Below, in pieces: positions 51,497-62,211 of a stretch of DNA of 64,000 nt. Position 1 is the stretch's first letter, and each line of letters begins with the position of its first letter. The notes beneath the pieces were generated by a model. The model was not told the DNA's origin, ran no database searches, and saw nothing but the letters and a program-made list of their open reading frames with translations. A program made the position numbers and the translations under genes. The DNA lies in the NCBI GenBank assembly GCA_963790475.1, contig CAWBOS010000006.1, positions 416,001-480,000 on the forward strand, written 5' to 3'. Origin of the DNA: an uncultured delta proteobacterium (lineage in GTDB: Bacteria; Desulfobacterota; RBG-13-43-22).

Positions 51497-51572
51497 TCAA
51501 AACGGATTTCTTGACTGTTAGCGATTCCGGCATTCTTAGTTGTCCCCCTTATTCTATTGATCAACTACCCGG

Positions 51573-51878
51573 CTACCATTTCAAGATATTAAAATGGTCC
51601 GGATCAACGGACCCGCTGCGCAGGTAGGCCCCGACGATCAGGGCCAACCCCACCGAGACCTCGGTGGCGGCCACACCAATGATGAACAGGACAAAGGCCT
51701 GTCCTTCCAACTGCTGCCAGCGCAAGGCCCCGGCCACAAAGAGGATGGCGGCCGCGTTCATCATGATCTCTATGCCGATCAAGGTCATGATCAGATTACG
51801 CCGGGTCAGTAAACAAACGAGACCCAGTAAAAAAATGATCGCCGCCAGGATGACCACATGATTATAAGGAACGATCAT
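51573..51878 (-). CDS. nuoK: NADH-quinone oxidoreductase subunit K
   Basis: RRNLI, IEIMMNA, GQAF, AATEVSVGLA. Confidence 0.95.
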   Translation of the reverse strand: MIVPYNHVVILAAIIFLLGLVCLLTRRNLIMTLIGIEIMMNAAAILFVAGALRWQQLEGQAFVLFIIGVAATEVSVGLALIVGAYLRSGSVDPDHFNILKW

Positions 51879-52393
51879 AGACTCTCCTCACCCGGACTTT
51901 TTCCCTTAACCCTTCCCAGTTGAATAACGGCCACCAGACCGATGAGCAGAAGAAGGGAGATCATCTCCACGGAAAGCCAGTACCTCTCGAAGACGAAGCG
52001 TCCCAGGGCCTGGGGCGTGGCCACAGCCATCTTTAGAGGGATACGGCTCCGGGGATCCAGAAAAACCAGCAGACAGGCCAAGACAAAATAGATCAGGCCC
52101 AAAAAACCAGCCGGGGCCCAGTTCCGCCACTTCAATCGGGCCTCGATGATCACCTCAGCCTTCAGCATCATAATCACAAAGAGGAACAGGACCATGATCG
52201 CGCCGGCATAGATAATTACCTCCAAAGCCGCTAAAAAGGGGGCTCCGAGGAGATAAAAAAGCATGGCGCTGCCCAGGAAGGAAAGGATCAGATAAACCAC
52301 GGCATGAACGGGATGGGGACGGGTGATGGCCAGGGCCGTGGCCGTCAGGATAACCGCCGAGACGAGATAAAAGCAAAGGGCGTAAAAGGTCAT
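51875..52393 (-). CDS. nuoJ: NADH-quinone oxidoreductase subunit J
   Basis: PVHAV, IIYAGAIMVLFLFVIM. Confidence 0.95.
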   Translation of the reverse strand: MTFYALCFYLVSAVILTATALAITRPHPVHAVVYLILSFLGSAMLFYLLGAPFLAALEVIIYAGAIMVLFLFVIMMLKAEVIIEARLKWRNWAPAGFLGLIYFVLACLLVFLDPRSRIPLKMAVATPQALGRFVFERYWLSVEMISLLLLIGLVAVIQLGRVKGKSPGEESL

Positions 52394-52968
52394 GGCCAGT
52401 TACTCCTTAAATCCACCGGTTTTTTTTCATTGATGTGCCCGCCCTTGCCCCCGGCAATAGTAATTCCGGCATGGCGATAAAAATTATAGTCATGGTTTTT
52501 TCCACCGTGATCCACCAAAAGGTCTTCCTTTTCCGCAACCAGCGTTAGGACATCATAATTGCTGAATTCGAAATAAGGGGTCAGTTGAATGGCCAGAGTA
52601 GGACACGCCTCCTCGCACAAGCCTCAGTAAATACAACGGGCGAAGTTGATCCGGAACCAGGGGGCCCAGCGCCGCCCGTCTTCCCGTTCGGCTGACTGCA
52701 TGGAGATGCAACTGACCGGGCAGACGGCCGAACATAGATAACAGGCCACACACCGTTCCTCACCGTCCGGATCCCGGGTGAGGATGATCCTGGCCCGGGT
52801 ACGAGCGGGTAGAGGCCTTTTATACTCCGGGTACTGCTCGGTGACCGGTTTTCGAAAGAGATGTTTAAAAACGGTCCAAAAACCCTTAGCCAATCCCGGT
52901 AGGGCATCAGACCATATTTTTCTCAACTGGGAAGGGCTACTTCTTTTTTTTGAATGGTTATTGATCAT
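52390..52968 (-). CDS. nuoI: NADH-quinone oxidoreductase subunit I with an in-frame UGA at codon 115 (Sec candidate or nonsense/error)
   Basis: [14 protein letters not shown] and [12 protein letters not shown]. ORFs 52624..53172 and 52390..52620 are in the same frame, separated only by TGA GGC. Confidence 0.9.
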
Positions 52969-53963
52969 CTCATACTCCCCATCCATAACATGATCCCGCC
53001 GGTTACCATAATATTGAGCAGCGCAATAGGGATGAGCACCTTCCAACCCAGGTCCATGAGTTGATCGTAACGCAGCCTGGGCAAGGTGGTCCGCATCCAG
53101 ATCATAAAAAAAACAACGGCCAGGACCTTGATCGAAAACCAGACCAGCGGCGGGAGTCCGGGGCCGTGCCAACCTCCCAAAAAGAAAACGGTCGTCAACC
53201 CCCCCAGGACGATCAGGGTCACATATTCTCCTAAAAAATAAAGACCGAAGCGCATCCCGCTGTATTCCAGATGATAGCCGGCTACCAGTTCACTTTCGGC
53301 TTCGGCCAGATCAAAGGGAATCCTTTTGCTTTCCGCCACGGCGCTGATAAAAAAAATGATCATGGCTATGGGCTGCACCAAGATGAATGGATAGGATGCT
53401 TGGGCAGCGACGATCTCCACCAGGCTGAACGACCGGGTCATCATGACCACCGGGACCAGGGAAAGCCCCAAGGAAAGTTCATAGCTGATCATCTGGGCGG
53501 CACCGCGGATACCCCCCAAAAAGCTGAATTTGGAATTGGAGGCCCAGCCCCCCAAGGCTATCCCGTAGACACTGATCGACGAGAGGGCCAGCACATAAAG
53601 GAGTCCGATGTTAAGATCGGTGACGACCATAGGAATGGGAAGACCCTTAAAGGTCATCCCTTTTCCGAAGGGGATGACCGCAAAAATGAGCAAGGCCGTG
53701 GAGGCCACCACCGCCGGGGCCAAAAGAAAGACGATGCGGTCCGCTCCTTGAGGAACCGTGTCTTCCTTGGTCAGCATTTTAATGATATCGGCCAGGGGTT
53801 GAAGAAGCCCGAACGGACCAGCCCGGTTAGGACCGTAGCGGACCTGTAGCCGTCCCAAGAGCTTCCGTTCGGCCAGAGTCAAATAGGCGGCCGACAAGAG
53901 TAAGACTACCAACACCAGACCCAGCTTGATCAAAAGGATAATGAATCCTAATATCCAGATCAT
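52965..53963 (-). CDS. nuoH: NADH-quinone oxidoreductase subunit H
   Basis: [47 protein letters not shown]. Confidence 0.96.
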   Translation of the reverse strand: MIWILGFIILLIKLGLVLVVLLLSAAYLTLAERKLLGRLQVRYGPNRAGPFGLLQPLADIIKMLTKEDTVPQGADRIVFLLAPAVVASTALLIFAVIPFGKGMTFKGLPIPMVVTDLNIGLLYVLALSSISVYGIALGGWASNSKFSFLGGIRGAAQMISYELSLGLSLVPVVMMTRSFSLVEIVAAQASYPFILVQPIAMIIFFISAVAESKRIPFDLAEAESELVAGYHLEYSGMRFGLYFLGEYVTLIVLGGLTTVFFLGGWHGPGLPPLVWFSIKVLAVVFFMIWMRTTLPRLRYDQLMDLGWKVLIPIALLNIMVTGGIMLWMGSMR

Positions 53964-56470
53964 ATCCGCCCCCTGCTTTTTTGGATTCGATCCGGGGTCA
54001 ATCGGATGGGAAAGTTGGTTATTTTTTGCCAGGCCAGTTGCTCATGACGGGGCAGGATCATGACTCCCGCTGCCAGGTGATCATTCAGATCTATGGCCAC
54101 TTCCAAGGGGCCGCCGTCGAGAGATAAAATCGCCCGATCCCCTTTCTGGAGACCTAATCGAGTTCCCTCTTCAGTCGAGATGGTGAGACGGGGTTTTTCC
54201 TCCACTTCCCGAATCGGTTCCGAATAAGTGGAAAGCTCTTCGGTGGCAAAAGTCCACTCGACCAATAGGAGTTCAATCTGATCTGGTGAACTGACTTTTT
54301 TATCCGGGGGTAAGGATTCAGTCAGGGGAAAAAGATTCTCCCGCGTCTGAGGGGAAAACAGGCGTATTTCATCTTCAGGGTGATTCAAGCCCTGGAGAGG
54401 AGAGAAGATCGGATTTTCATGGGCCAGTTCCGTCCACAGGGTATCGAGGGAAAGGTCCGACCCGGGGGATAGAAGATGTGACAATTCGGACAAAATATTC
54501 CACGCCGGCCTGGGCTCCCCTCCGGGAATATCCTGGCCGAACTGACGGGGGGGGTGCCCCCCGCCGCAGACCTGTTCAAGGGGAAGACCGCCGCGATAAA
54601 TCGCAGGAGCCCATTGGACCCGTCCTTCCTGATTGATGAAATGCCCACCGGCCTCGAAGACCGTTTGGGTGGGGAGGAAGAAATGGGCCTGTCGGACCGA
54701 GGCGGAAGGCAGGTAGTCCATGACCAGTAAACAGTCCAGTTTTTTTAAGGCCCGTTCCAAAAGGGTTCTATCCGGAAAGAACCGGAATGGATCGGCCTCA
54801 ACCAGGATCAACCCGGCGATTTCCCCTTTTTCCATCGCCTCCAGGGTCTTTGGAAAAGAACGGTCTGGGGGCGAGAGCAGGGCCGCGCCAAAAGAGTTGG
54901 CCCCAGGCAGCAAGTAGAAAAGACCGGCCCGCTGTTCCTGGGCTTGAAGCAAAAGGACCAAATCGGCGGCTAGGGTAGGGGTGGTGGGCCTGACGATGTC
55001 CGTGCCGCAGACGATGACCGGCCGATGACTTTGTTTTAGCCCATGAGCAATTTCCATAAAACGGGTGTGAATTAAAGGATCGGGGGTGTAGGTATCGGGG
55101 AGGGCCTCATAAAATCGGAGGGCTTCTGTTCCCGTCTTTTCAGCCGTTGAAGGATTGACCGCCTTTTTGAGAATAACGCTCAGGCAAAGATCCAGTTCGT
55201 CCGGTCTAACCGTCAGGGTTTCAAAGTTCAGGGGAAGAAAGACCGGGCGAGGGTCGATGACCACGATGGAGGCCCCTGCTCTAAAAGCCTGTCTTAAGGC
55301 CAGGGCCGACAGGGGGGCTTCATTGATCGGATCCGCTCCCACCACCAGAATGAAATCCGCTTGCTCGATCTCCCTCAAGGAAATGGAAATCCGGGCATCA
55401 GTCCTGGAAACCGCCCTTTGGATCGCTCTTTCTCTTAGGGGATCGATCAGATATCCAGGGTCGGGCCACCCCTGGGTCCGGCAAAGACCTTTAAGCATGG
55501 CCTGGGTCTCCAGAGAACTTCTTGACGAACCCTGACAGGCAACAGACTCTTTTCCGAATTTTTGGATCAGGCTGGAGAACTTTTTGGCTGCGGCCTGAAG
55601 GGTCTGATCCAGGGGAACTTCGTCCAATCCTATTCTGGCCCGGCGCGGTCTCTCCGGATGGTTGGCATAATCAAAGCCATATCGCCCACGGTCACAAATA
55701 AAATATCCGTTGACCTTGTTGCTGAAACCGGCTTCCTGGCGTACCACTTGCCGGTAGCGGACGCTGGTCACGACCCGGCAGCCCAGGGAGCAATGGATGC
55801 ATAGAGAAGGACCTCGCTCGAAATCCCAGCGCCGTCCTTTATAACGAGAAGGTTTATCGGTCAGGACCCCGGTGGGACAGAGATCGATGATATTGCCGGA
55901 AAAGGGGTTTTCCAGAGGTCCGTCGTTGAAGCGGCCTAAATAGGTCCGGTCGCCGATCCCCAAGGCGCCGAAATCCCGATATCCGGCAAACTCCTGATAA
56001 AAGCGACGGCAGCGATAACAGTGGATGCAGCGGTTCATTTCATGCTGGACAAAAATCCTGAGTTCCTGATCGATATAAGTCCGTTTCCGGCCGGGATAGC
56101 GCCGCATCCCATGACCGCCGGCCACGGTCAGGTCCTGGAGCAGACAATGGCCGCCTTCATCGCACACCGGGCAGTCATGAGGATGATTCATCATCAACCA
56201 TTCGATGACCGAACGGCGAAAATCGACAGCTTCATCAGCGGTGGTGGAGACCACCATGCCATCCCTGGCCTCTTCCATACAGCTCATCTTCACCCCTTTG
56301 ATCGGGCCTTCCAGGAACATTACCGCGCACATCCGGCAGGCCCCGAGGGATCCCAATGCGGGATGAAAGCAAAACCTGGGGATGATGATCCCCAACTCTT
56401 CGGCTGCTTCGATGACTTTGGTCCCTTTGGGGACATCTATGGTCAAGTTATCGATGATGATATTAGGCAT
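53960..56470 (-). CDS. nuoG: NADH-quinone oxidoreductase subunit G
   Basis: PRFCFH...GACRMC, HPHDCPVCDEGGHCLLQD, RCIHCYRC, CPTG, and the extra cluster CIHCSLGC...C. Confidence 0.95.
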   Translation of the reverse strand: MPNIIIDNLTIDVPKGTKVIEAAEELGIIIPRFCFHPALGSLGACRMCAVMFLEGPIKGVKMSCMEEARDGMVVSTTADEAVDFRRSVIEWLMMNHPHDCPVCDEGGHCLLQDLTVAGGHGMRRYPGRKRTYIDQELRIFVQHEMNRCIHCYRCRRFYQEFAGYRDFGALGIGDRTYLGRFNDGPLENPFSGNIIDLCPTGVLTDKPSRYKGRRWDFERGPSLCIHCSLGCRVVTSVRYRQVVRQEAGFSNKVNGYFICDRGRYGFDYANHPERPRRARIGLDEVPLDQTLQAAAKKFSSLIQKFGKESVACQGSSRSSLETQAMLKGLCRTQGWPDPGYLIDPLRERAIQRAVSRTDARISISLREIEQADFILVVGADPINEAPLSALALRQAFRAGASIVVIDPRPVFLPLNFETLTVRPDELDLCLSVILKKAVNPSTAEKTGTEALRFYEALPDTYTPDPLIHTRFMEIAHGLKQSHRPVIVCGTDIVRPTTPTLAADLVLLLQAQEQRAGLFYLLPGANSFGAALLSPPDRSFPKTLEAMEKGEIAGLILVEADPFRFFPDRTLLERALKKLDCLLVMDYLPSASVRQAHFFLPTQTVFEAGGHFINQEGRVQWAPAIYRGGLPLEQVCGGGHPPRQFGQDIPGGEPRPAWNILSELSHLLSPGSDLSLDTLWTELAHENPIFSPLQGLNHPEDEIRLFSPQTRENLFPLTESLPPDKKVSSPDQIELLLVEWTFATEELSTYSEPIREVEEKPRLTISTEEGTRLGLQKGDRAILSLDGGPLEVAIDLNDHLAAGVMILPRHEQLAWQKITNFPIRLTPDRIQKSRGRI

Positions 56471-56529
56471 AGTACCAGTTAGTTCACTAGATTTTGGGTT
56501 CCTTCAGCCCCTGCGACGGGCAGGAGTCT

Positions 56530-57813
56530 TCAGCCTGTTTTCATGCTGAAGGGACACTTCTTCTGGGAGATGTGCTCCTGAATCTCCTCGACAAAATCCT
56601 CCACCAAACCCGTGACCGGAGTGGCCGCCCCAGGGGCAAAGGCGCAATAGGAATACGACATAAAGCCGCTCATTTTCTTGAGAAGGGGGATGTATTCTTC
56701 TTTCCCGTCACCGGCCTCAATGCGCTGGAGCAGTTCCCGAATATAAGGCAGCCCCTCGCGACAAGGGGTGCAGAACCCGCAGGATTCCCGGGCAAAAAAC
56801 TGAATCAAATTCAATGTAGCTCCTACCAGGCAGGTTGTATGATCGAAAACCATAATGGCCCCGGTGCCGAAACGATGTCCGTGGCCCATTTTTTGAAAAG
56901 ATTCAAAATCCATTTCGATATCATGATATTTTTTTGGCAGAAAGCGGGTGGAGGCGCCGCCGGGTAAACAGGTTTTGTATTCATAACCGGGCTTCATTCC
57001 ACCGGCATGAATTTCAATGATCTCCGATAATGGGGTCCCGAAAGGCAGTTCGAAACACCCCGGTTGAAGGACCCGGCCGCTGACGCTGTAAATCTTATGG
57101 CCTACGGCGGCCTGGCTTCGGGCCAGATTCCGAAACCATTCGGCACCGTTTTTCAGAATGTGAGGCACGTAGGCCAGGGTTTCGGCGTTATTGATGATGG
57201 TGGGTTTTTCCCAGAGCCCTTCGCTGGTCAAGTGTCCTTCCAGGTTGGGATAAGGTCTTTCCCCTTCCAGGGCATGGACCAACCCCTTGGCTTCACCGCA
57301 AATGTATCTTCCCCCGCTGCGATGAATAACCAGATCGAGGCTGTAAGGGCCTCCCAGGATATTATGGCCCAGCAAACCGGCCTGTCTGGCTTCTTCAGCC
57401 GCCTTTTCCAATACCTGGGCGCAGGCTTCATAGGCCGGCCTGATAAAAACATACCCCTTTTCGGCCGAGGCCGTATAGCCAGCAATGATTAAACCTTCAA
57501 GTAGGGCATGGGGGTTGTGCTGAACCCAGAAACGGTCTTTAAAGGTTCCCGGTTCCATTTCATCGGTGTTGGCGATCACATATCGAGGGAAGGAGGCCTC
57601 TTTTCTAAGAGACCACTTTTGGCCGGTGGGAAAACCGGCTCCTCCCAGGCCTCGAAGGCCTGAGTCCGTTATAATTTGAACGATCTCCTGAGGGGAATAG
57701 CGGCCTAGGGCCATGGCCAATCCCTGATAGCCTCCCATTTTCTTATAGGCTTCCAGAAAGAAGGTCTGGTCGGCCTTTTCTTTTTGGAGAATCAAAGGGG
57801 GATGCTGCTCCAT
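56530..57813 (-). CDS. nuoF: NADH-quinone oxidoreductase subunit F (divergent nucleotide site)
   Basis: GGAGFPTG, DEMEPGTFKDR, YICGE, ESCGFCTPCREG, CAFA. Confidence 0.93.
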   Translation of the reverse strand: MEQHPPLILQKEKADQTFFLEAYKKMGGYQGLAMALGRYSPQEIVQIITDSGLRGLGGAGFPTGQKWSLRKEASFPRYVIANTDEMEPGTFKDRFWVQHNPHALLEGLIIAGYTASAEKGYVFIRPAYEACAQVLEKAAEEARQAGLLGHNILGGPYSLDLVIHRSGGRYICGEAKGLVHALEGERPYPNLEGHLTSEGLWEKPTIINNAETLAYVPHILKNGAEWFRNLARSQAAVGHKIYSVSGRVLQPGCFELPFGTPLSEIIEIHAGGMKPGYEYKTCLPGGASTRFLPKKYHDIEMDFESFQKMGHGHRFGTGAIMVFDHTTCLVGATLNLIQFFARESCGFCTPCREGLPYIRELLQRIEAGDGKEEYIPLLKKMSGFMSYSYCAFAPGAATPVTGLVEDFVEEIQEHISQKKCPFSMKTG

Positions 57814-58307
57814 CAGCGGACCTCTTCCTGTGGAGGTTTCCAGTCTCTTAATCGTTGAAGGATTTCATCTATCGATTCGGGATCCAGAGGGCCGTACAAT
57901 TTTCCATTAATCAACATGGCCGGGGCATGGTCGCAATAACCGATACAGCCCGCCGGCAGAAGGGTAAATAAGCCGTCTTCGGTCGTTCCTCCCAAGGCAA
58001 TACCGAGGCATTGACTGAGATAACTTATAACCGATTGGTGGTTGAACATCCAGCACATGAGGCCGTCACAAACATGGATCACATACTTCCCAACCGGCCG
58101 ACGGTAGATAAAATCGTAAAAAGTGGCCAGCTCCTCCAGTTCCAGAGAGGTCATCCCCAGCAAGAGGGCTCCTTCCTGAAGGGCCTCGTCACTCAAGTAC
58201 CCGTGGTGTTTTTGCAGGGCGAACATGACCTCCACGGCCAGTTCACGGGGGTGATCGGATCCCTCTATTTTGTTTCTCAAAATATTCAATGTTTCTTCAG
58301 GTAACAT
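57813..58307 (-). CDS. nuoE: NADH-quinone oxidoreductase subunit E
   Basis: ATFY, VCDGLMC, CIGYCDHAP. Confidence 0.94.
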   Translation of the reverse strand: MLPEETLNILRNKIEGSDHPRELAVEVMFALQKHHGYLSDEALQEGALLLGMTSLELEELATFYDFIYRRPVGKYVIHVCDGLMCWMFNHQSVISYLSQCLGIALGGTTEDGLFTLLPAGCIGYCDHAPAMLINGKLYGPLDPESIDEILQRLRDWKPPQEEVR

Positions 58308-58405
58308 TGCTTTATTCGCAGTATGGCATAATGCTCAATATTGAAAGCTCCAAACTCAAAGCTCAAAGAAAAAATCCAATTGGGAAATTCGTAAATCAAT
58401 AGCCC

Positions 58406-60862
58406 TCATCGATCAATATCCGGTAAAATATAGTCAATAGAACCGATGATGGAAAGCAGATCGGACACCAGACCGCCGCGGGCCATCAAGGGCATGGCTT
58501 GCAGATTGGCAAATCCGGGGGTTCGGATGCGCATCCGGTAAGCCATATTAAGACCGTCGCTGACCACATAATATCCCTGCTCCCCGCGAGGAGCCTCCAC
58601 GGCCGTATAGGCCTCCCCCCTGGGGATCTTAGGGCCCCGAGTGACATTGATAAAATGGTAAATCAGGCTTTCGATATCCTTCAGGGTATCGCTTTTCTTG
58701 GGCACCGCATAGCGATAGTCATCGGTAGTATAACGACCGCCGGGCATCTTGCGCGCGGCCTGTTCGATAATCCGCAGGCTCTGGCGCATCTCTTCGACCC
58801 GGACCTGATAACGGGCATAGCAGTCCCCCTCCTGGGCATAAGGGATATCGAAATCAAATTGCTCATAAGAGGAATAGGGGAACTGCTTGCGCAGGTCCCA
58901 TTGAAGTCCGCTGGCCCGCAAGTTCGGGCCGGTTACCCCCCATTCCATGGCCTGCTCCAGGGAAAGAGTGCCGACGCCTCGGGTACGGACCTCAAAAATG
59001 GGGTTTCGGGTGGCCAGGGCCTCATAGTCCTTGATCCGGGCTGGAAAAATTTTTATGAAATCATCTATCGGTTTCTTCCAGCCTTCCGGCAGGTCGTCGG
59101 CCACGCCTCCGATGCGAAACCAGGAGGGATGGAGACGCCCGCCGGTGATATGCTCGATAATATCCATGATCTTTTCACGGTCCCGAAAGGTATAAAAGAC
59201 CGGGCCGATGGCCCCCAGGTCCTGCAGAAAGGTGCCGAACCAGACCAGGTGATTACTCAGACGAAAAAGTTCACCCAGCATCACCCGGATGTATTGTGCC
59301 CGTTCGGGGACTTGGATTCCTGTCAGGGTCTCTACCGAATGAAGGTAGGCCAGGTTGTTGTAGACACCGGAGAGATAATCCACCCGATCGGTATAGGGGA
59401 TGAATTGATGCCAGGATTGGCGCTCACCGATCTTTTCCACCGAACGGTGGTGATAGCCGATGTCCATGTCGATATCGGAGATCCTTTCCCCTTCCAGGGC
59501 CAGGACAAAACGCATCAGGCCGTGGGTGCCCACATGATGGGGGCCCATGTTCAAGAACAGCCTTTCATCGTCGCGGTCTTTTCTTCGGATGATGATCCCG
59601 GCATCGAGGGGCTGATATTTTTGGGCATCGGCCCGCGTATAAGGAGGCATCTCAGTGGCCCGGCCGGGATAATTCTTCCGTAAAGGATGCCCTTGCCAAT
59701 CGTGGGGCAGGAGGATCCGGCAAAGGTTGGGATGGCCCTCGAATCGGATACCGAAAAGATCATAGACTTCCCGCTCATACCAGTCGGCCGAAGGCCAGAT
59801 ATCGGTGATGCTCTTGGCCTTCGGGTCTTTCCCGGTCAAAGGGACCTTCAAGCGCAGACGCCCGGCCGGTTGGAAAGAAAGCAGGTGATAGACGAGGGTA
59901 TAATCCGGATAAGCCTGTTGATCCGGAACTCGGGGCTGATTCCGGCTGATCTCTTTTCCGACCGTTCCGTCGTAAGAGTTAAAATTTCCCCGATCCCTGC
60001 GGGCCGATTCATCCACGGCCGTCAGATCATCCAGCCGCAGAAATCTGGGACTGGATTCGGTTTTTAAAAAACGCAGGACCTCTTTGATCCGTTCCTCAGC
60101 TACTTTAAAGGTCACCATATCCGAAGGGTCAAGGGTTTGATCGACCGCCTGGCCGAATCGTTCCTTTAAAACTTCTGTCAAAGAACGGTCCCGGTCGTTC
60201 AAGGTGATCCTGGGGGGCGGTGGTGTCCACATCAGATCAGACCGGCTGTCCCAAAATTGCGGCGGGGTGACGGATGTGCCTCTGATGGGGATCCCTTGAT
60301 AACCCGGCCCCCGGGAATCCCGGGCCTTGGTCTGTCCGTCGATCAGAATAGGCTTTTGAGATCCCTGCGTCCCTCCGGCCAGATGCAAGATCGGACGAGT
60401 CGGTTTTTCCTTTTCAATTTTTTTCTGCAGCAAGACCAAACCTTCCAGGACGGCTTCGGGCCGAGGAGGACAGCCGGGGATGTAGACATCCACCGGCAAT
60501 ATCTGATCGACGCCCTGGACCACGCTGTAACAATCATACATACCCCCGCAGTTGCTGCAAGACCCCATGGAAATGACCCATTTGGGCTCCGGCATCTGTT
60601 CATAGAGCCTCAAGATAATGGGGGCCACCTTTTTAAAAATAGTGCCGGAAGTGATCAGGAGATCCGATTGACGGGGGGAGCCGCGAAGGACCTCGGCCCC
60701 GAAACGGGCCATATCATAGCGGGGAGTCAGGGCCGTTGACTCCTCGATAAAGCAACAGGACAATCCGAAAAAGGAAGGCCAGAGGCTGTATTTTCGGGAC
60801 CAGTTGATCAGCAGATCCAATCGGTCCAGGGTCTTATTTTTGAGCCGATCGAAATGTTTCAA
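58406..60862 (-). CDS. nuoBCD: Fused NADH-quinone oxidoreductase subunits B/C/D
   Basis: NuoB ([19 protein letters not shown]), NuoC ([17 protein letters not shown]) and NuoD ([26 protein letters not shown]) in one frame. Start uncertain; TTG 60862 chosen. Confidence 0.92.
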   Translation of the reverse strand: MKHFDRLKNKTLDRLDLLINWSRKYSLWPSFFGLSCCFIEESTALTPRYDMARFGAEVLRGSPRQSDLLITSGTIFKKVAPIILRLYEQMPEPKWVISMGSCSNCGGMYDCYSVVQGVDQILPVDVYIPGCPPRPEAVLEGLVLLQKKIEKEKPTRPILHLAGGTQGSQKPILIDGQTKARDSRGPGYQGIPIRGTSVTPPQFWDSRSDLMWTPPPPRITLNDRDRSLTEVLKERFGQAVDQTLDPSDMVTFKVAEERIKEVLRFLKTESSPRFLRLDDLTAVDESARRDRGNFNSYDGTVGKEISRNQPRVPDQQAYPDYTLVYHLLSFQPAGRLRLKVPLTGKDPKAKSITDIWPSADWYEREVYDLFGIRFEGHPNLCRILLPHDWQGHPLRKNYPGRATEMPPYTRADAQKYQPLDAGIIIRRKDRDDERLFLNMGPHHVGTHGLMRFVLALEGERISDIDMDIGYHHRSVEKIGERQSWHQFIPYTDRVDYLSGVYNNLAYLHSVETLTGIQVPERAQYIRVMLGELFRLSNHLVWFGTFLQDLGAIGPVFYTFRDREKIMDIIEHITGGRLHPSWFRIGGVADDLPEGWKKPIDDFIKIFPARIKDYEALATRNPIFEVRTRGVGTLSLEQAMEWGVTGPNLRASGLQWDLRKQFPYSSYEQFDFDIPYAQEGDCYARYQVRVEEMRQSLRIIEQAARKMPGGRYTTDDYRYAVPKKSDTLKDIESLIYHFINVTRGPKIPRGEAYTAVEAPRGEQGYYVVSDGLNMAYRMRIRTPGFANLQAMPLMARGGLVSDLLSIIGSIDYILPDIDR

Positions 60863-61259
60863 AATGATATATCCATTCCAGTCCCTGTTTCTTCCAGATA
60901 TATACCAGACCGGCCAGCAAAAGGATGATGAAAACAGAAATTTGAAGCCACCCGGTCCATCCCAGATCGGTAAAGGCCACGGCCCAGGCCAGGATGAAGG
61001 CGGCCTCGACATCGAAGATCAGAAAGAAAACCGCCACCAGATAAAAGGGGACGGGATAAGAAAACCCTGCCGGACCGGTGGGAATGATGCCGCATTCATA
61101 GGGCCTTTTTTTTTCGGTGCTGATCTTCTTTTCCCCGAGCCAGGAAGCCAGGAAAAGAAGAAGGGCTATCAAAATCAGTATCATCAGGCCATATAGAAAA
61201 AGGGCCGTCAGACCCGGTTCCCAAGGAGATAAGATAATCATTGGGGGTATAGGTTGCAT
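60834..61259 (-). CDS. nuoA: NADH-quinone oxidoreductase subunit A
   Basis: [23 protein letters not shown]. Confidence 0.94.
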   Translation of the reverse strand: MQPIPPMIILSPWEPGLTALFLYGLMILILIALLLFLASWLGEKKISTEKKRPYECGIIPTGPAGFSYPVPFYLVAVFFLIFDVEAAFILAWAVAFTDLGWTGWLQISVFIILLLAGLVYIWKKQGLEWIYHFETFRSAQK

Positions 61260-61335
61260 GAGAGATTATCCATGGTCAAAGGGTTCGATTCCGCCTTTGG
61301 CGAGATTGAATCCGCTTTCATTTCTTATCGGGACC

Positions 61336-62211
61336 TTACCGGGCAGAGGGGATTATCATGGTCTTCCAGTCTTGGGAAAATTTGTCCATTCCCTTGGTGG
61401 TCAGATCATGGGCCAGGTCATATTCCTGCCGGTTCTTGCTGAGATTCATCTCCCGGTAAGGAATGTCTTTCAGTTCTCCTTTGTTGTAGGTATAGGTTGG
61501 GTCCGGCAGGGGCAGGCCCTGTTCTCCCCAGTGCTTTAAGATATCGAAAGGGGCGGTGATGATGTCCGATCCCAGTTTGAGGGCATATAAAAAATGGTCC
61601 ATAGTCCGGACACTGGCGGTCAGCACTTCCACATGACCGTCCCCTTTTTGATACATGCGAAGGATATTGGAGATCAAATCCATGCCGTTCTCTCCCCGAT
61701 CATCCAGACGACCGATAAAAGGGGATACAAAGACATCCCCTTTTTTGGCCCCCCGGGTGGCGGCATAAACGGCCGCGGCCTGTTCCTGTGAAAAACACAA
61801 GGTCAGGTTGACCCGAAGGCCCATTCCGACCGCCGCTTCAGCGGCCTTCAACCCTTCCGGGGAGGTGGGGAATTTTATATGGGCATTAGGGATCCAGGAA
61901 AACATATCCTGTCCCTGTTTTAACATTGATTCGGCCGGGGTTTGAAGATCGGCATAGACCTCGACGGATACGGACCCCCGGGGAATCAGGCTGGAGATCT
62001 TCTGGACCACCTGCCGGTAAAACCCAAAGATTTCCTCCTGATTGAATTTCTCTCCTTTTTCCAGACGTCGGCGGGCCTCGGGATTTTTGGAGATAAGGGT
62101 CGGGTTAGTGGTTTGACCATCAAGGAATCCCAAAGTGCGGAGGATTTTCCCGGTTTCCTCGGGATCTCCCCCGTCGAGAAAAATGCGGGTTTTAAGGTTT
62201 TCCGGTTTCAT
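61336..62211 (-). CDS. tal: Transaldolase family protein
   Basis: FLDGG, GQTTNPTL, Schiff-base HIKFP, NLTLCFS, SPFIGRLDD, ASVR. Confidence 0.92.
   Translation of the reverse strand: MKPENLKTRIFLDGGDPEETGKILRTLGFLDGQTTNPTLISKNPEARRRLEKGEKFNQEEIFGFYRQVVQKISSLIPRGSVSVEVYADLQTPAESMLKQGQDMFSWIPNAHIKFPTSPEGLKAAEAAVGMGLRVNLTLCFSQEQAAAVYAATRGAKKGDVFVSPFIGRLDDRGENGMDLISNILRMYQKGDGHVEVLTASVRTMDHFLYALKLGSDIITAPFDILKHWGEQGLPLPDPTYTYNKGELKDIPYREMNLSKNRQEYDLAHDLTTKGMDKFSQDWKTMIIPSAR

Noticed and set aside
58499-59683. Long antisense ORFs (also 15930..16919, 33181..34014, 40072..41067, 44490..45494, 62673..63575)
   Set aside because: Shadow frames opposite well-supported GC-rich genes, with no recognisable motifs.
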